Assembly: GCA_050013395.1 (NCBI GenBank)
Contig: JBEKFI010000001.1
Coordinates: forward strand, 1,004 to 65,003
From: Verrucomicrobiia bacterium
GTDB taxonomy: Bacteria > Verrucomicrobiota > Verrucomicrobiia > Palsa-1439
Reading direction: 5' to 3'
DNA length: 64,000 nucleotides
The translations under genes and the position numbers were made by a program. How positions within the stretch are numbered: the first letter of the stretch is position 1; every line of letters begins with the position of its first letter. Below the pieces are notes generated by a model, which made no database searches, was not told the DNA's origin, and worked only from the letters and a program-made list of their open reading frames with translations. Below are positions 10,173 through 20,020 of this stretch, one piece after another.

Positions 10173-11635
10173 GCGTCGGCTAGATCCTCCGACGGATGTT
10201 GAAATTCAAATCCCTGGGCGCTGAGCGTTTTCAAGTCCGTCCCCGCTCCCTGGGCGATAATCGTATGGCAACTGTTGCAGTCAACAGAAATCGTCTTGCC
10301 CTCGGCACTGGCGTGCTGGCCGTCGTGGCACCGGAAACAGCCGGACCATTCAAGGTGGCCAATGTTGTTGGGATAGACCTTCCAGCGCGATTTCATTTCG
10401 GGGAAGAAGTTCGCCTGGTAGATCTTCTGGAGTTCGGCGATGGCGCGCTGGACGGTCGCGGGGTTGGCCGACGCGTACTTCTTCGTCAGCAGGTCGGTGA
10501 TTTTCTGCAGGGCCTCGGTGGTGGTCTGGTACTCGGCGGCCAGCGCGTCGACGGCGTTTTTCTTGATCGAGGGCAACGCCGGATCAATCCGCCCCAACGC
10601 CATCGCGGAGTCCACCGCCTCGTCGGGCGAGCGGAAGATGTGCGTGGGCCGGTTGTGGCAGTCAATGCAGTCCATCCGCCGCACGGATGCGCCGGCCAAC
10701 TGTGCAGGCTTCAGTTTGTTCTCTTTCGCCTCGTACACGGTGGCGTTGCCCTTGGAATCCGTGAAGCGAATCCAAGCGATCTTCTGCCGCGCTTCGTCTG
10801 TCGCGATGTACTCAACCTTGTTGGCGACGTTCATGTGCCAGTGGATGCCGCCGACCGGCCCATGCGTCGGATCGCCGCCGCCCACCTTGAGCAACAGTTC
10901 CACCGTCCACGGGCTGTTCTTCTCGTCGTACTTGAAATGCGTGCTGACCTTTTCGACGGCGCCGTAGAATTTCTGCGGCCAGTGGCATTGTTCGCAGGTC
11001 TCCTGAGCCGGGCGGAGGTTTTTCACAGGGATCGGAATCGGCCGCGGATACTTGTCAAACAGAGTCGCATAGACCTGGTAACTGCCGGACAATTTGGAGC
11101 GCACGAACCACGTCGCACCGGAACCGATATGACATTCCGTGCAGGTGACGCGTGTGTGTGGCGAGTTCTGGTAGGCGGTGAACTCGGGCCGCATCACCGC
11201 GTGACAGGTCCGTCCGCAGAACTGCGTCGATTCGGTGAAATGATAACTGCGATAGCTGCCAATGGCTGTCAGCAGGAAAAATACGACCGCGAATCCGCCC
11301 AAGCTGCCGAGCAGTTTGCGGTGCCGGGGCCGGTTCAGATCGATGATGGGAAACAGTGTCAGTGCGACGCGGCCACGCTGCACCAACCGATGGCGTTCCA
11401 TGATGATGCCGACAACAACCAGAATGAGTCCGGTAATCAAAAAGAAGGGGGCGACGAAGTAGGTCAGGATGCCCATGTACGGATTGCTGAACTGGGCAAA
11501 GAAATCCATCGCCAACAGACAAAGAACAGCGAAAAAACTGCCGGCCGCCACAATCAACCCCAGCAGACTCAGCCAATTGTGAATCAGCGATGGTGCCTTG
11601 GGCGGCCACGGGCTCGTATTTGCGCTGTCATCCAT
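10124..11635 (-). CDS. Membrane-anchored multihaem cytochrome c (NapC/NirT/NrfH-like, about 7 CxxCH)
   Basis: Two N-terminal TM helices followed by seven CxxCH motifs. Confidence 0.75.
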   Translation of the reverse strand: MDDSANTSPWPPKAPSLIHNWLSLLGLIVAAGSFFAVLCLLAMDFFAQFSNPYMGILTYFVAPFFLITGLILVVVGIIMERHRLVQRGRVALTLFPIIDLNRPRHRKLLGSLGGFAVVFFLLTAIGSYRSYHFTESTQFCGRTCHAVMRPEFTAYQNSPHTRVTCTECHIGSGATWFVRSKLSGSYQVYATLFDKYPRPIPIPVKNLRPAQETCEQCHWPQKFYGAVEKVSTHFKYDEKNSPWTVELLLKVGGGDPTHGPVGGIHWHMNVANKVEYIATDEARQKIAWIRFTDSKGNATVYEAKENKLKPAQLAGASVRRMDCIDCHNRPTHIFRSPDEAVDSAMALGRIDPALPSIKKNAVDALAAEYQTTTEALQKITDLLTKKYASANPATVQRAIAELQKIYQANFFPEMKSRWKVYPNNIGHLEWSGCFRCHDGQHASAEGKTISVDCNSCHTIIAQGAGTDLKTLSAQGFEFQHPSEDLADAWKGQKCSDCHNGGSM

Positions 11636-12014
11636 TGTCTATGGTTTGAATTGGCCACTCCTGTTCCGTCACGCTTCAACCGGAAGCGCGCGTTGCGCCA
11701 CGCCGCCCTGGCCACGCCAATGCCACCGAGAGTCGCTGGCTCGGCAAACGACTACCGCAAAAAGATTTGGGATGCAATCCCCGAAACTCTCGCCTCCGGC
11801 CAACGCCTGACACTAACCTACCGCGCCAGTCAAATCCGCATCCTCAACCGCGCTCGCCTACAGAGAATCGCCGCAGGCGACGAGAGAATCTGAGTAGCGC
11901 GGGCGTCTCGCCCGTTCCTTGGCGTATCTGGACATCATCACCGTCGTCGCGACTCTGACCGGTGTAGCGGTGGCTCTGCGAGCCGCCGAAACCCTTTGAT
12001 CAACGCCTCGGCGT

Positions 12015-12048
12015 TTCATTCACCCCGAAAGCCTTCGGGGCAGGGAGA
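12015..12048. repeat. Hairpin repeat module, inverted partner of 8296-8330
   Basis: cattcaccccgaaagccttcggggcagggagatg. Confidence 0.7.
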
Positions 12049-12171
12049 TGCCGCTACATCGGATATCGCAGTTTATTGGTGGCAGTGCCCAGATGCCGCC
12101 CCCGTTCACCGCGGCGCTTGTTCTCGCTTGTTCCCATCACCGCCACCCGGTAAACTTCTCTCATAGGCAAA

Positions 12172-12500
12172 TGACCACGCGACGGCAGATCAAGGCGTAC
12201 GCAACCGAGGTGGCGCGGCGGTTCCGGCCCCAGCGCATCATCCTGTTCGGCTCGTACGCCTACGGCAACCCAACCAGGGACTCCGACGTCGATTTGCTCG
12301 TCGTCCTGCGGCACAAAGGGCGCAACGTCGAGAAGGCCATCGAAATCCAGCTCACGGTGCAGCCCGCCTTTCCGCTCGATCTCCTCGTGCGGACTCCCGA
12401 GAAGATCACGCAACGGCTGGCGTGGGGCGGTTGCTTCCTCAAAGAGATCGTTACCAAGGGTCAGGTGCTCTATGAATCCACTGACCGGCGGAGGAAGTAA
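12172..12500 (+). CDS. Minimal nucleotidyltransferase (MNT/Pol-beta fold)
   Basis: GSYAYGNPTRDSDVDLLV matches the GS...DxD nucleotidyltransferase motif. The start is set at MTTRRQ. Confidence 0.7.
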
Positions 12501-12624
12501 CGGTCGTGGCACAAACTTCGTCTGCAAGTCAGGCGACGCGAAAACCTCAATGACATTGATGTTGACCCGCGTCAATTTGCGACCGACAAGAGCGATATAA
12601 CGTCATCTTGAAAGGAGCGCCATT

Positions 12625-13236
12625 ATGAAAACAGTCTTCAGATTGATCTGCCTGATCGCGGCCACTTTGCTGTTGACCTTCAACTCAGCCCGCGCCCATT
12701 GCGACACCATGGACGGGCCGGTCGTCACAACGGCGAAGGCCGCGCTCGAAAAGGGCGACGTCAGCCCCGTGCTCAAGTGGGTGAAGCCCGAAGGCGAAGC
12801 TGAAATTCGCGACGCGTTCAAGAAAACGATTGCCGTTCGCAAGCAAAGTACCGAAGCGAAAGAACTCGCCGACCGTTACTTCTTCGAAACGCTCGTCCGC
12901 GTCCACCGCGCCGGCGAAGGCGAACCGTTCACCGGTCTGAAACCGAGCGGGACACCTCTCGAACCGGGCATCGCTGGCACCGACAAGGCGCTGGAGAAAG
13001 GTTCTGTGGACGACCTGGTGAAAGAGCTGACCGGGGCCGTTTCCGACGGCGTCAAGAAACGGTTCACTCGCGCCGCCGAGGCGAAGAAGCATGCCGACCA
13101 GAACGTTGAATCCGGCCGCGAGTACGTCGAAGCGTACGTGGAATTCGTCCACTACGTCGAGAACCTCCACGCCGCTGCCGCGATTTCATCCGTCCACAGC
13201 GGCGCGGCACAGCCCGAAATCGCACACCATCACTAA
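12625..13236 (+). CDS. Secreted protein of unknown function (signal peptide; mature N-terminus HCDTMDGP; C-terminal HHH)
   Basis: Signal peptide followed by a charged helical domain. Confidence 0.5.
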   Translation: MKTVFRLICLIAATLLLTFNSARAHCDTMDGPVVTTAKAALEKGDVSPVLKWVKPEGEAEIRDAFKKTIAVRKQSTEAKELADRYFFETLVRVHRAGEGEPFTGLKPSGTPLEPGIAGTDKALEKGSVDDLVKELTGAVSDGVKKRFTRAAEAKKHADQNVESGREYVEAYVEFVHYVENLHAAAAISSVHSGAAQPEIAHHH

Positions 13237-13250
13237 TCAGAGAAGCGGAT

Positions 13251-13598
13251 ATGAAAGACAGCAAGAAACCCAAAACCACGACCGCGCTCGCCGCGCAAGC
13301 CGCTTGGGCAGCCGACCTGGTGGATTACCAGTCCGACGCGATCGTCAGCCGCGAGGTGCTGAAGAAGAAAACTGGTTCAGTCACGCTGTTTGCCTTCGAC
13401 GCCGGGCAGGGATTGAGCGAACACACCGCGCCGTTCGACGCCCTGATCCAGGTGCTCGACGGCGAGGCTGAGATCACCATCGCCGGCAAGCGCCACCGTG
13501 TCCGGGCGGGTGAGTTGATCCTGATGCCCGCAAACCGGCCACACGCCCTGAAAGCCGTCCAACGCTTCAAAATGATGCTGATCATGATCCGGTCGTGA
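13251..13598 (+). CDS. Cupin-domain protein
   Basis: GxxxxHxH-like cupin core (GQGLSEHTAP...GELILMPANRPHAL). Confidence 0.6.
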   Translation: MKDSKKPKTTTALAAQAAWAADLVDYQSDAIVSREVLKKKTGSVTLFAFDAGQGLSEHTAPFDALIQVLDGEAEITIAGKRHRVRAGELILMPANRPHALKAVQRFKMMLIMIRS

Positions 13599-14040
13599 AG
13601 AATGACCAGCTTGCCCACTAACAAAGGCTCGTGACGAATGCGAGTTTGGGCGGAGCGCTGACGTGAAGAATGAAGACGGAAGGATGAGGGATGAAGACCG
13701 AGGACGGAAAACTGACGACCGAAACACTTCGTGGGAGCGGCCACGTGAAACGTGCTAAACATTCCTGCCGCGACCGGACAACAATTCTCTCCGAGCAATC
13801 GATATCCCAACCGTCATGCTCGTCAGATACCTAGTAGTACGAGGTATCGCACGCACACAAGCGGTAGATGAACGGAGAGGCATCGGAAGACGCGACGCAG
13901 CCCGATAACGATTTCACGTTTCAAGTTGCCCTCGCTACCTCTAATCATGCTCTCTCAGTCTTCAGAATCGAAGTGCAGCGTTATCGCTGGCGGTGGAGGC
14001 GGGCAACGTGGTACAACATGGGCACGACGGGAAAAAACCG

Positions 14041-15597
14041 ATGAGCGGCAAACGAAGAGTGTTCGCCATGACTGGTGTCACCGCAATCGCGGCATTGATG
14101 ATCCTCGCTGCGGCTTGCGACGGACAACGTGCGCCGGAGAAACAGGCAGCCGCACCGGCTGCCTCAAAACGGATCCGTGAGCCTGCTGTCGCCGGGCTGT
14201 TCTATCCGAAAGATCAAGCTACGCTGTCGCAAACCCTCGACGCGTTGCTGGCCCAGGCGAAGACGCACACGATCGACGGTGAACTGCGCGCTTTGATCTG
14301 TCCGCACGCCGGGTATCCGTATTCGGGGCCGGTCGCGGCGACGGCGTACCGGTTATTGTCGGGTCACGATTTCCAAACGGTTGTGCTTTTGGCGGTGAGC
14401 CACTACGCGGGATTTGCCAGCGCGTCGGTGGCCAATGCGGATGTGTACCGCACGCCGCTAGGCGACGTGCCGGTCTCGCCGAAGGCCCGGGAACTGGCGA
14501 AATCCAATCCGTTCGTGCTCGAACCGCGCTGCTTGGTACAGCGACCGCCATGGTCGTCGCAGGCGTCGCACCCCGTACCGCCCCCGGGCGAGGACACACC
14601 GGAGACGTGGGAGCATTCCGGTGAGGTGCAGGTGCCGTTCCTCCAAAAGACGCTGAAGAATTTCGCGCTCGTGCCCGTCGTTACCGGTGAAGCCGACCCG
14701 GAGAAAATGGCGCGCGTCTTGGCTGGTCAAGTGGACGACAAGACGCTGGTATTGGCGAGCACCGACCTGAGCCACTATCACCCGTACGACGAAGCGCGCG
14801 CGAAGGACAAGGTCACCACCGATGCCATCGTCAATCTCGACATCGACCGCATGAAGTCGTCCGGCGACGCCTGCGGCAAGACGCCGGTGCTGGCGTTGAT
14901 GTATCTCGCCAAACAAAAAGGCTGGAAAGCCACTCTGCTCGATTACCGCAACAGCGGCGATACCGCCGGCAACAAGGACGCCGTTGTCGGTTACGCCGCG
15001 ATCGCCTTCTACTCGCCGCGACAACAGAGTTTCATAAAACCGGAACGCAAACTTCTGTTGGATCTGGCGCGGCGGTCTCTCCGCGAAGTTGTGAAAACCG
15101 GCAAGCTGCCCGAGGTCGCCACCGACGCGTATCCCGCCAAGTTCACCGAGAAGAAAGGTTGTTTCGTCACATTGACCGAGCGCGGCCAGTTGCGCGGTTG
15201 CATCGGTCATATCCTGCCGCAGGAACCGCTGTACAAAGCGATCATGGACAACGCGCAAAGCGCGGCGCTGCACGACTACCGGTTCAGCCCCGTCCGGCCC
15301 AACGAACTCGACAAGATCGAGATCGAAATCAGCGTGCTGACCGTGCCCGAGCCGCTGACGTTCAGTTCACCCGACGACCTGCTGAACAAGCTCCAACCGC
15401 ACAAGGATGGCGTCGTCCTGCAAATCGGTAGACGCGGTGCAACGTATCTGCCACAGGTCTGGGAACAGATCCCCGACAAGGTACAGTTTATGAATTCCCT
15501 TGCCGAAAAAGCCGGTTGCCCGCCCGACGCCTGGCGCGGCCCCGGCACCAAAGTCCTCATCTACCACGTCGAATCCTTCAAAGAATCGGAGATGTAA
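14041..15597 (+). CDS. AmmeMemoRadiSam system fusion: Memo-like protein B plus AMMECR1 protein A, with lipoprotein-type signal peptide
   Basis: LICPHAGYPYSGPVAATAY (Memo family) then KGCFVTLTERGQLRGCIGHILP (AMMECR1). The N-terminus MSGKRRVFAMTGVTAIAALMILAAAC ends in a lipobox-like LAAAC. Confidence 0.8.
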   Translation: MSGKRRVFAMTGVTAIAALMILAAACDGQRAPEKQAAAPAASKRIREPAVAGLFYPKDQATLSQTLDALLAQAKTHTIDGELRALICPHAGYPYSGPVAATAYRLLSGHDFQTVVLLAVSHYAGFASASVANADVYRTPLGDVPVSPKARELAKSNPFVLEPRCLVQRPPWSSQASHPVPPPGEDTPETWEHSGEVQVPFLQKTLKNFALVPVVTGEADPEKMARVLAGQVDDKTLVLASTDLSHYHPYDEARAKDKVTTDAIVNLDIDRMKSSGDACGKTPVLALMYLAKQKGWKATLLDYRNSGDTAGNKDAVVGYAAIAFYSPRQQSFIKPERKLLLDLARRSLREVVKTGKLPEVATDAYPAKFTEKKGCFVTLTERGQLRGCIGHILPQEPLYKAIMDNAQSAALHDYRFSPVRPNELDKIEIEISVLTVPEPLTFSSPDDLLNKLQPHKDGVVLQIGRRGATYLPQVWEQIPDKVQFMNSLAEKAGCPPDAWRGPGTKVLIYHVESFKESEM

Positions 15598-15650
15598 CAG
15601 ATAGGAAATTGCCTTTGGTGCGCAGGGGAGACGGGGTTCGACCAGCAGCG

Positions 15651-16439
15651 TTAAAGACCGTTTTGGGGCAATTGTTTCTTTCGATACTCGTCAATGTAGA
15701 TCGTCATCGGCTCGGGCGTCACGTCACGATACAGTCCCATCTTGAAATAAAAACGGCTGGGGTTGGCATATCCGGTCCGGTCATTCTCGGGATAGGCGTT
15801 GAGGCCTTTATAATCAACAATCTGTTTGTCGCCAAGCCACGCTCTGATTCGCCCGTTTTCGGTGGTCGAAAAACGAATCTGAAACTTGAAATCGAGCCAT
15901 CTGCCCCGCAGGTCTTCTTTGGTTTCAAAAAGAGTCGTTCGATGGGGGCCGATCTGATGGGTGATTCTGAGCACGCCGGAAACGTATCGGATGGCAACCA
16001 CCGGACTGTCGTCCGAACAATTGCCGCCGGGACAGTATTGCTTCCATTGCGCGATGACCAGCCGCGTCGGCACGATTGGAAAATTCGTCGGGATGAACAT
16101 GCTGAAGGAAAACTCGTAAGCTTCGTTTTCCTTCGAGGTCAGCTTTCTCGCCTCCAACAATTCCGCCCGCTCGCTATCCCGGCTGCCGTTAATTCCCGCT
16201 TCAAATTTATCATGGGTGTGAACAGTTATTCTTGCCGCGCCGCGGCCTGTGCGGAAAATGTTCGTCTGCATCTGCACCGCGCCGGGAACGAATCTGTCGG
16301 TGTCCCAAACCTTGCTCAAGTAGGACGTTTCAAAACCGTCTTAAACATCAAGGGCCGGCACGGACGCAATGGTGTCCTGGGCGCGGGAAATGCCGCCTGA
16401 TAGAAGCGAAAGGCCGGCGACCAACCAGAAAATGAAATT
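15651..16439 (-). pseudogene. PL7-like (beta-jelly-roll) polysaccharide lyase gene with in-frame TAA between signal peptide and mature domain
   Basis: RAEL, QWKQ and YFKMGLYRD motifs. The signal-peptide ORF MLKLNFIFWLVAGLSLLSGGISRAQDTIASVPALDV is in the same frame as the catalytic domain and separated from it by TAA at 16341-16343. Confidence 0.5.
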
Positions 16440-17053
16440 CAACTTCAACATAATTCGGTTTTGATTTTTTCGATTGTAACTTCGCCATGCGTATCATGCA
16501 ATGGACGATGACTAATAGGAAACTGTTTTTGGAGCGCAGGGGAGCGAGACGGGGTCCGAACAGGGGGGTTATCAAAACGAAAAAGAGAGGCCGGTAACTG
16601 TGATCCTAGAATGTCCTCCGACTCCTGGCCCACGAGGTAACTGTCTCTGCCATGTAGGCGTCGGTGACTAACCGCGTCCATTTCCTCTCCCTGGTCGTGG
16701 TGTATAAACCCCGTGAGGTCGGGACAGCAAGCAGAAAAAGACCAAGAAGACCAAAGCGGGATGACCCGACCGTGCGTTTGCACTGAGGTTTTGGCGGACA
16801 ACTCAGCCGCCTTGAAGAAACCGCCGGGCTGCTTGGAGAAACTCGCGGGCAGTGCGCGGACATCTCGGCGCCATCACCAGCGGAGACACTAACCAATTTT
16901 CGTCGCAGCTTCGTCTGCAATCCGCTATTCGTTTAAGATGTTACCCTGAGTGGAGTGAAGGGTCTCGGTCGTCGGGAGGTTCGGAAACGGCAGAGATTTG
17001 CCGTCACACGACGGACGGCCCGCAGCGGTTTCGCCCGCCACTGGGGGATCAGA

Positions 17054-19645
17054 ATGACAAACAGTAGACAAGTTGCGGCCCGGTCCAATGGACGACTCAT
17101 CATCTTGGCAGTCGGCGCGCTCGGTTTCTCTTCCGTCATTACGCAGTTGGCGTTAATGCGGGAGATGCTGGGAGCGTTTGCGGGCAACGAGATGGCGTTG
17201 GGAATCATTCTCGGCAACTGGCTGCTGTTGACGGGAATCGGCGCGTGGCTCGGCCGGACCAGCAACCGTCTCCGCAATCCACGACTCTTGCTCGTACTCT
17301 TACTCTTGCTCGTCGCTCTCCTGCCGCTGGCGCAGGTGTATCTGCTTCGAACATTGCGCGATGTGGTGTTCGTCCGGGGCGCATTGGTCGGCGTGACTGA
17401 GACGATCCTGGCAAGTTTTGTCCTGTTGTTGCCTTACTGCATCGTGTCCGGATTTCTGCTGACGCTGGCGTGCGCGATTGTGGGAGCGGCGTCCCCGCCG
17501 CGATGTGTAGGGGCCGGTCGCGGCGGGGACGCCGCTCCCACGAGTACAGAGGAAATTGGGGCGTCCGGTATTGGCCGGGTGTATGTCGCGGACAGCGTCG
17601 GCAGCATTGCCGGTGGTGTGCTGTTCAGCTTCGTCCTCGTCCGATGGTTGGATCATTTCGCCATGCTGTATCTGCCGGCCCTGCTGAATCTCATGATGGC
17701 GGGAGTTCTGGCGTGGAACTACAGTGGCGACGAACGAATTGTTGGCCGCGAAGCCGAAGACGCCGCTCGTCGTGAAGCGGCAAAGGCACAAGAAGACGCA
17801 AAAGGAAGCATTGCCTCTTCCGTTTTTGCGACACTTTGCGCCTTTTTGCGGCAATTGATCTGTCGTCGATGGTTGCTCGTTTGTGTTGTGACGGTCATCA
17901 CGCTGGCGGTAGTGGCACTGATGTTCCTCACCGACATGGATGCAGTTTCGACGGCGCGGCAGTTTGCGGGACAGAAGATTGTTTTCAGGAAGAATTCGCC
18001 TTACGGCAAGCTCATCGTGACGGAATCGGCGGGACAATTCAACTTCATCGAGAACGGCCTGCCGATCATCTCGACGCACAACGTCGAGCAGGTGGAAGAA
18101 ACCGTTCACTACGCCATGGCGCAGCGGCCCGACGCGCGCAAGGTGTTGCTGGTGTCGGGCGGCGTGTCGGGAACGGCGAAAGAAATCCTGAAGTACGGTG
18201 TGAGCGAGGTGACCTACGTGGAACTCGACCCGCTCATCATCGAGGCGGGACGGAAGTACCTGCCGGACAGCCTGGCCGACCCGCGGATCAAGGTGGTCAA
18301 CACGGATGGACGGCTGTTTGTGAGAGAGGTAGGGCGCGACCGCCGGGCGCGCCGTGGTCCCGACGAAAGCGGGCGGCCCGGCGGTCCGCCCCTACCGGAA
18401 GTGGGTTGCGATGTGGTGATTGTGGACGTGCTTGCGCCGTCCACATCGCAGATCAACCGGTTCTATACCGCCGAGTTTTTCGGCGAGGTCAAACTAATAT
18501 TGACGCCGGGCGGCGTGCTTTCTCTGTCGCTGGGGCGTTACGAAAACTACGTCAGCAAAGAACTGGCACGAATGCTGGCATCGGCTCATGCGACGTTGAG
18601 GCAATCGTTCCGAAACGTGCTCGTGATTCCGGGCGGACGCGTTTTCTTTCTGGCATCGGATGGCGAACTCTTTCCTGATATTGCGGCACGAATCGAGCAA
18701 CGGCGCATCCCGACGCAGTTGGTGAATCGGCATTACCTCGATGCGATGTTGACGCCCGACCGGATAAGCGATCTGCAGCGGGCGATGGCGCAAACTGCAG
18801 CCGTGAACAGGGATTTCAGCCCGGTCTTATACTATTACCATTTGATGCACTGGATGAGCCAGTTCAAGGTCAGGTTCGGTGTTCTGGAGACGGCGTTGCT
18901 GGTCGCGCTCGCGGTTTATCTGTTCACGATTCGTCCGGTGCCGCTGGCAATCTTCGTGTCGGGATTAGCGGCGTCGGCGCTTGAGGTCGTGTTGTTGCTC
19001 GGTTTCCAGATTCTTTACGGCTCGGTCTATGGGCAATTGGGAATCATCGTCACGATGTTCATGGCAGGGTTGGCGGTCGGAGCGTGGGTGGGAAACCGGG
19101 GCCTGATGCGCAACGACACGAACCCTCACCCTGGCCCCCGGTCGCCTCTGGCGCCGCCTACGGCGGGTAAACCTCTCCCTTCGCGGAAGGGAGAGGGAAA
19201 TTTCTCTCCCACGTCATCGGGGGAGAGGATCAAGGTGAGGGGGCAAGCTGTTCATACCGGAGATTGGGAGGCGATGCGTCTTTTGGCCGTGCTCGCCTTC
19301 GCCATTGCCGGGTTGTCGGTGCTGGTGCCGCTGGTGTTGATGGCGCTGGGACGACTGGGCGGGACGACAACCGGCCTTGTGACGGTGCGGGTGGTGATTG
19401 CTTTGTTGACGTTTGTTCTGGCAATGTTGGTCGGCATGGAGTTTCCAGTCGCTTCTCAAGTGGAGTTTGTCGGTCGTGCCGCCACTGCGTCGCGGTTGTA
19501 CACGGCCGATTTCGTCGGCGCATCTCTGGGTGCGTTGCTGGCGAGCACGTTTCTGATTCCGTTGATCGGCGTGACGGCGGTGTGTCTGCTGACGGCGGGA
19601 CTGAACGTCATCGGCGGAGCGGTCGTTTTGTTGAGAAGACAATAG
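17054..19645 (+). CDS. Spermidine-synthase-like aminopropyltransferase with N- and C-terminal polytopic membrane domains, carrying three in-frame repeat insertions
   Basis: VLLVSGGVSGTAKE...VVIVDV...GGVLSLSLG methyltransferase fold flanked by many TM helices. Confidence 0.75.
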   Translation: MTNSRQVAARSNGRLIILAVGALGFSSVITQLALMREMLGAFAGNEMALGIILGNWLLLTGIGAWLGRTSNRLRNPRLLLVLLLLLVALLPLAQVYLLRTLRDVVFVRGALVGVTETILASFVLLLPYCIVSGFLLTLACAIVGAASPPRCVGAGRGGDAAPTSTEEIGASGIGRVYVADSVGSIAGGVLFSFVLVRWLDHFAMLYLPALLNLMMAGVLAWNYSGDERIVGREAEDAARREAAKAQEDAKGSIASSVFATLCAFLRQLICRRWLLVCVVTVITLAVVALMFLTDMDAVSTARQFAGQKIVFRKNSPYGKLIVTESAGQFNFIENGLPIISTHNVEQVEETVHYAMAQRPDARKVLLVSGGVSGTAKEILKYGVSEVTYVELDPLIIEAGRKYLPDSLADPRIKVVNTDGRLFVREVGRDRRARRGPDESGRPGGPPLPEVGCDVVIVDVLAPSTSQINRFYTAEFFGEVKLILTPGGVLSLSLGRYENYVSKELARMLASAHATLRQSFRNVLVIPGGRVFFLASDGELFPDIAARIEQRRIPTQLVNRHYLDAMLTPDRISDLQRAMAQTAAVNRDFSPVLYYYHLMHWMSQFKVRFGVLETALLVALAVYLFTIRPVPLAIFVSGLAASALEVVLLLGFQILYGSVYGQLGIIVTMFMAGLAVGAWVGNRGLMRNDTNPHPGPRSPLAPPTAGKPLPSRKGEGNFSPTSSGERIKVRGQAVHTGDWEAMRLLAVLAFAIAGLSVLVPLVLMALGRLGGTTTGLVTVRVVIALLTFVLAMLVGMEFPVASQVEFVGRAATASRLYTADFVGASLGALLASTFLIPLIGVTAVCLLTAGLNVIGGAVVLLRRQ
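17481..17540. repeat. Perfect 23-bp inverted repeat with 14-nt loop (60 bp) inside the CDS
   Basis: tgggagcggcgtccccgccgcga / tcgcggcggggacgccgctccca; the length is a multiple of 3. Confidence 0.7.
18328..18396. repeat. GGTAGGGCGCGACC...GGTCCGCCCCTACC palindromic element, 69 bp, in-frame in the CDS
   Basis: Same family as 60779-60848; partial copies at 49338-49376 and 54046-54060. Confidence 0.75.
19140..19244. repeat. Composite NPHP/GEG/GERIKVRG hairpin repeat, 105 bp, in-frame in the CDS
   Basis: gaaccctcaccctgg...cctctcccttcgcggaagggagaggg...ctcccacgtcatcgggggagaggatcaaggtgaggggg. The same modules flank the DUF559 genes. Confidence 0.75.
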
Positions 19646-20020
19646 AAGACGTTCTTCATCAACCACGAAGTGCACAGCGCGGCAGAGCTGCAACCACAAC
19701 AACTACAATTGCCGCAAAGAGGCGCAAGGAACGCAAGAAACGGCGGGGCGGTTGCGGTCGTTTTCGTTCTTGCTGCTCAAACCCTGCCGGGCGTATTCTC
19801 GGCACCGTGAGGAAAGGAGATTTACCTCATTTTACGAGGCGAACGAACCAGGCGAACCAATAACTCAAAACCACCCCGAGAACTTTCGGGATGAAATTCG
19901 CGTAGCTTCGGCTGCTGTCCAGAAAGAAGCTTGGAGCTTTGTGACAACAAGCAGCGATGGAAGTGCGCCCCACTTTGTTTGGGCACAGGTGAACCCCACA
20001 AGTGCCAGAGGAGAACGGAT

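Noticed and set aside
10196-11893. 565-aa plus-strand ORF
   Set aside because: Antisense to the multihaem cytochrome gene, which has clear CxxCH periodicity on the other strand.
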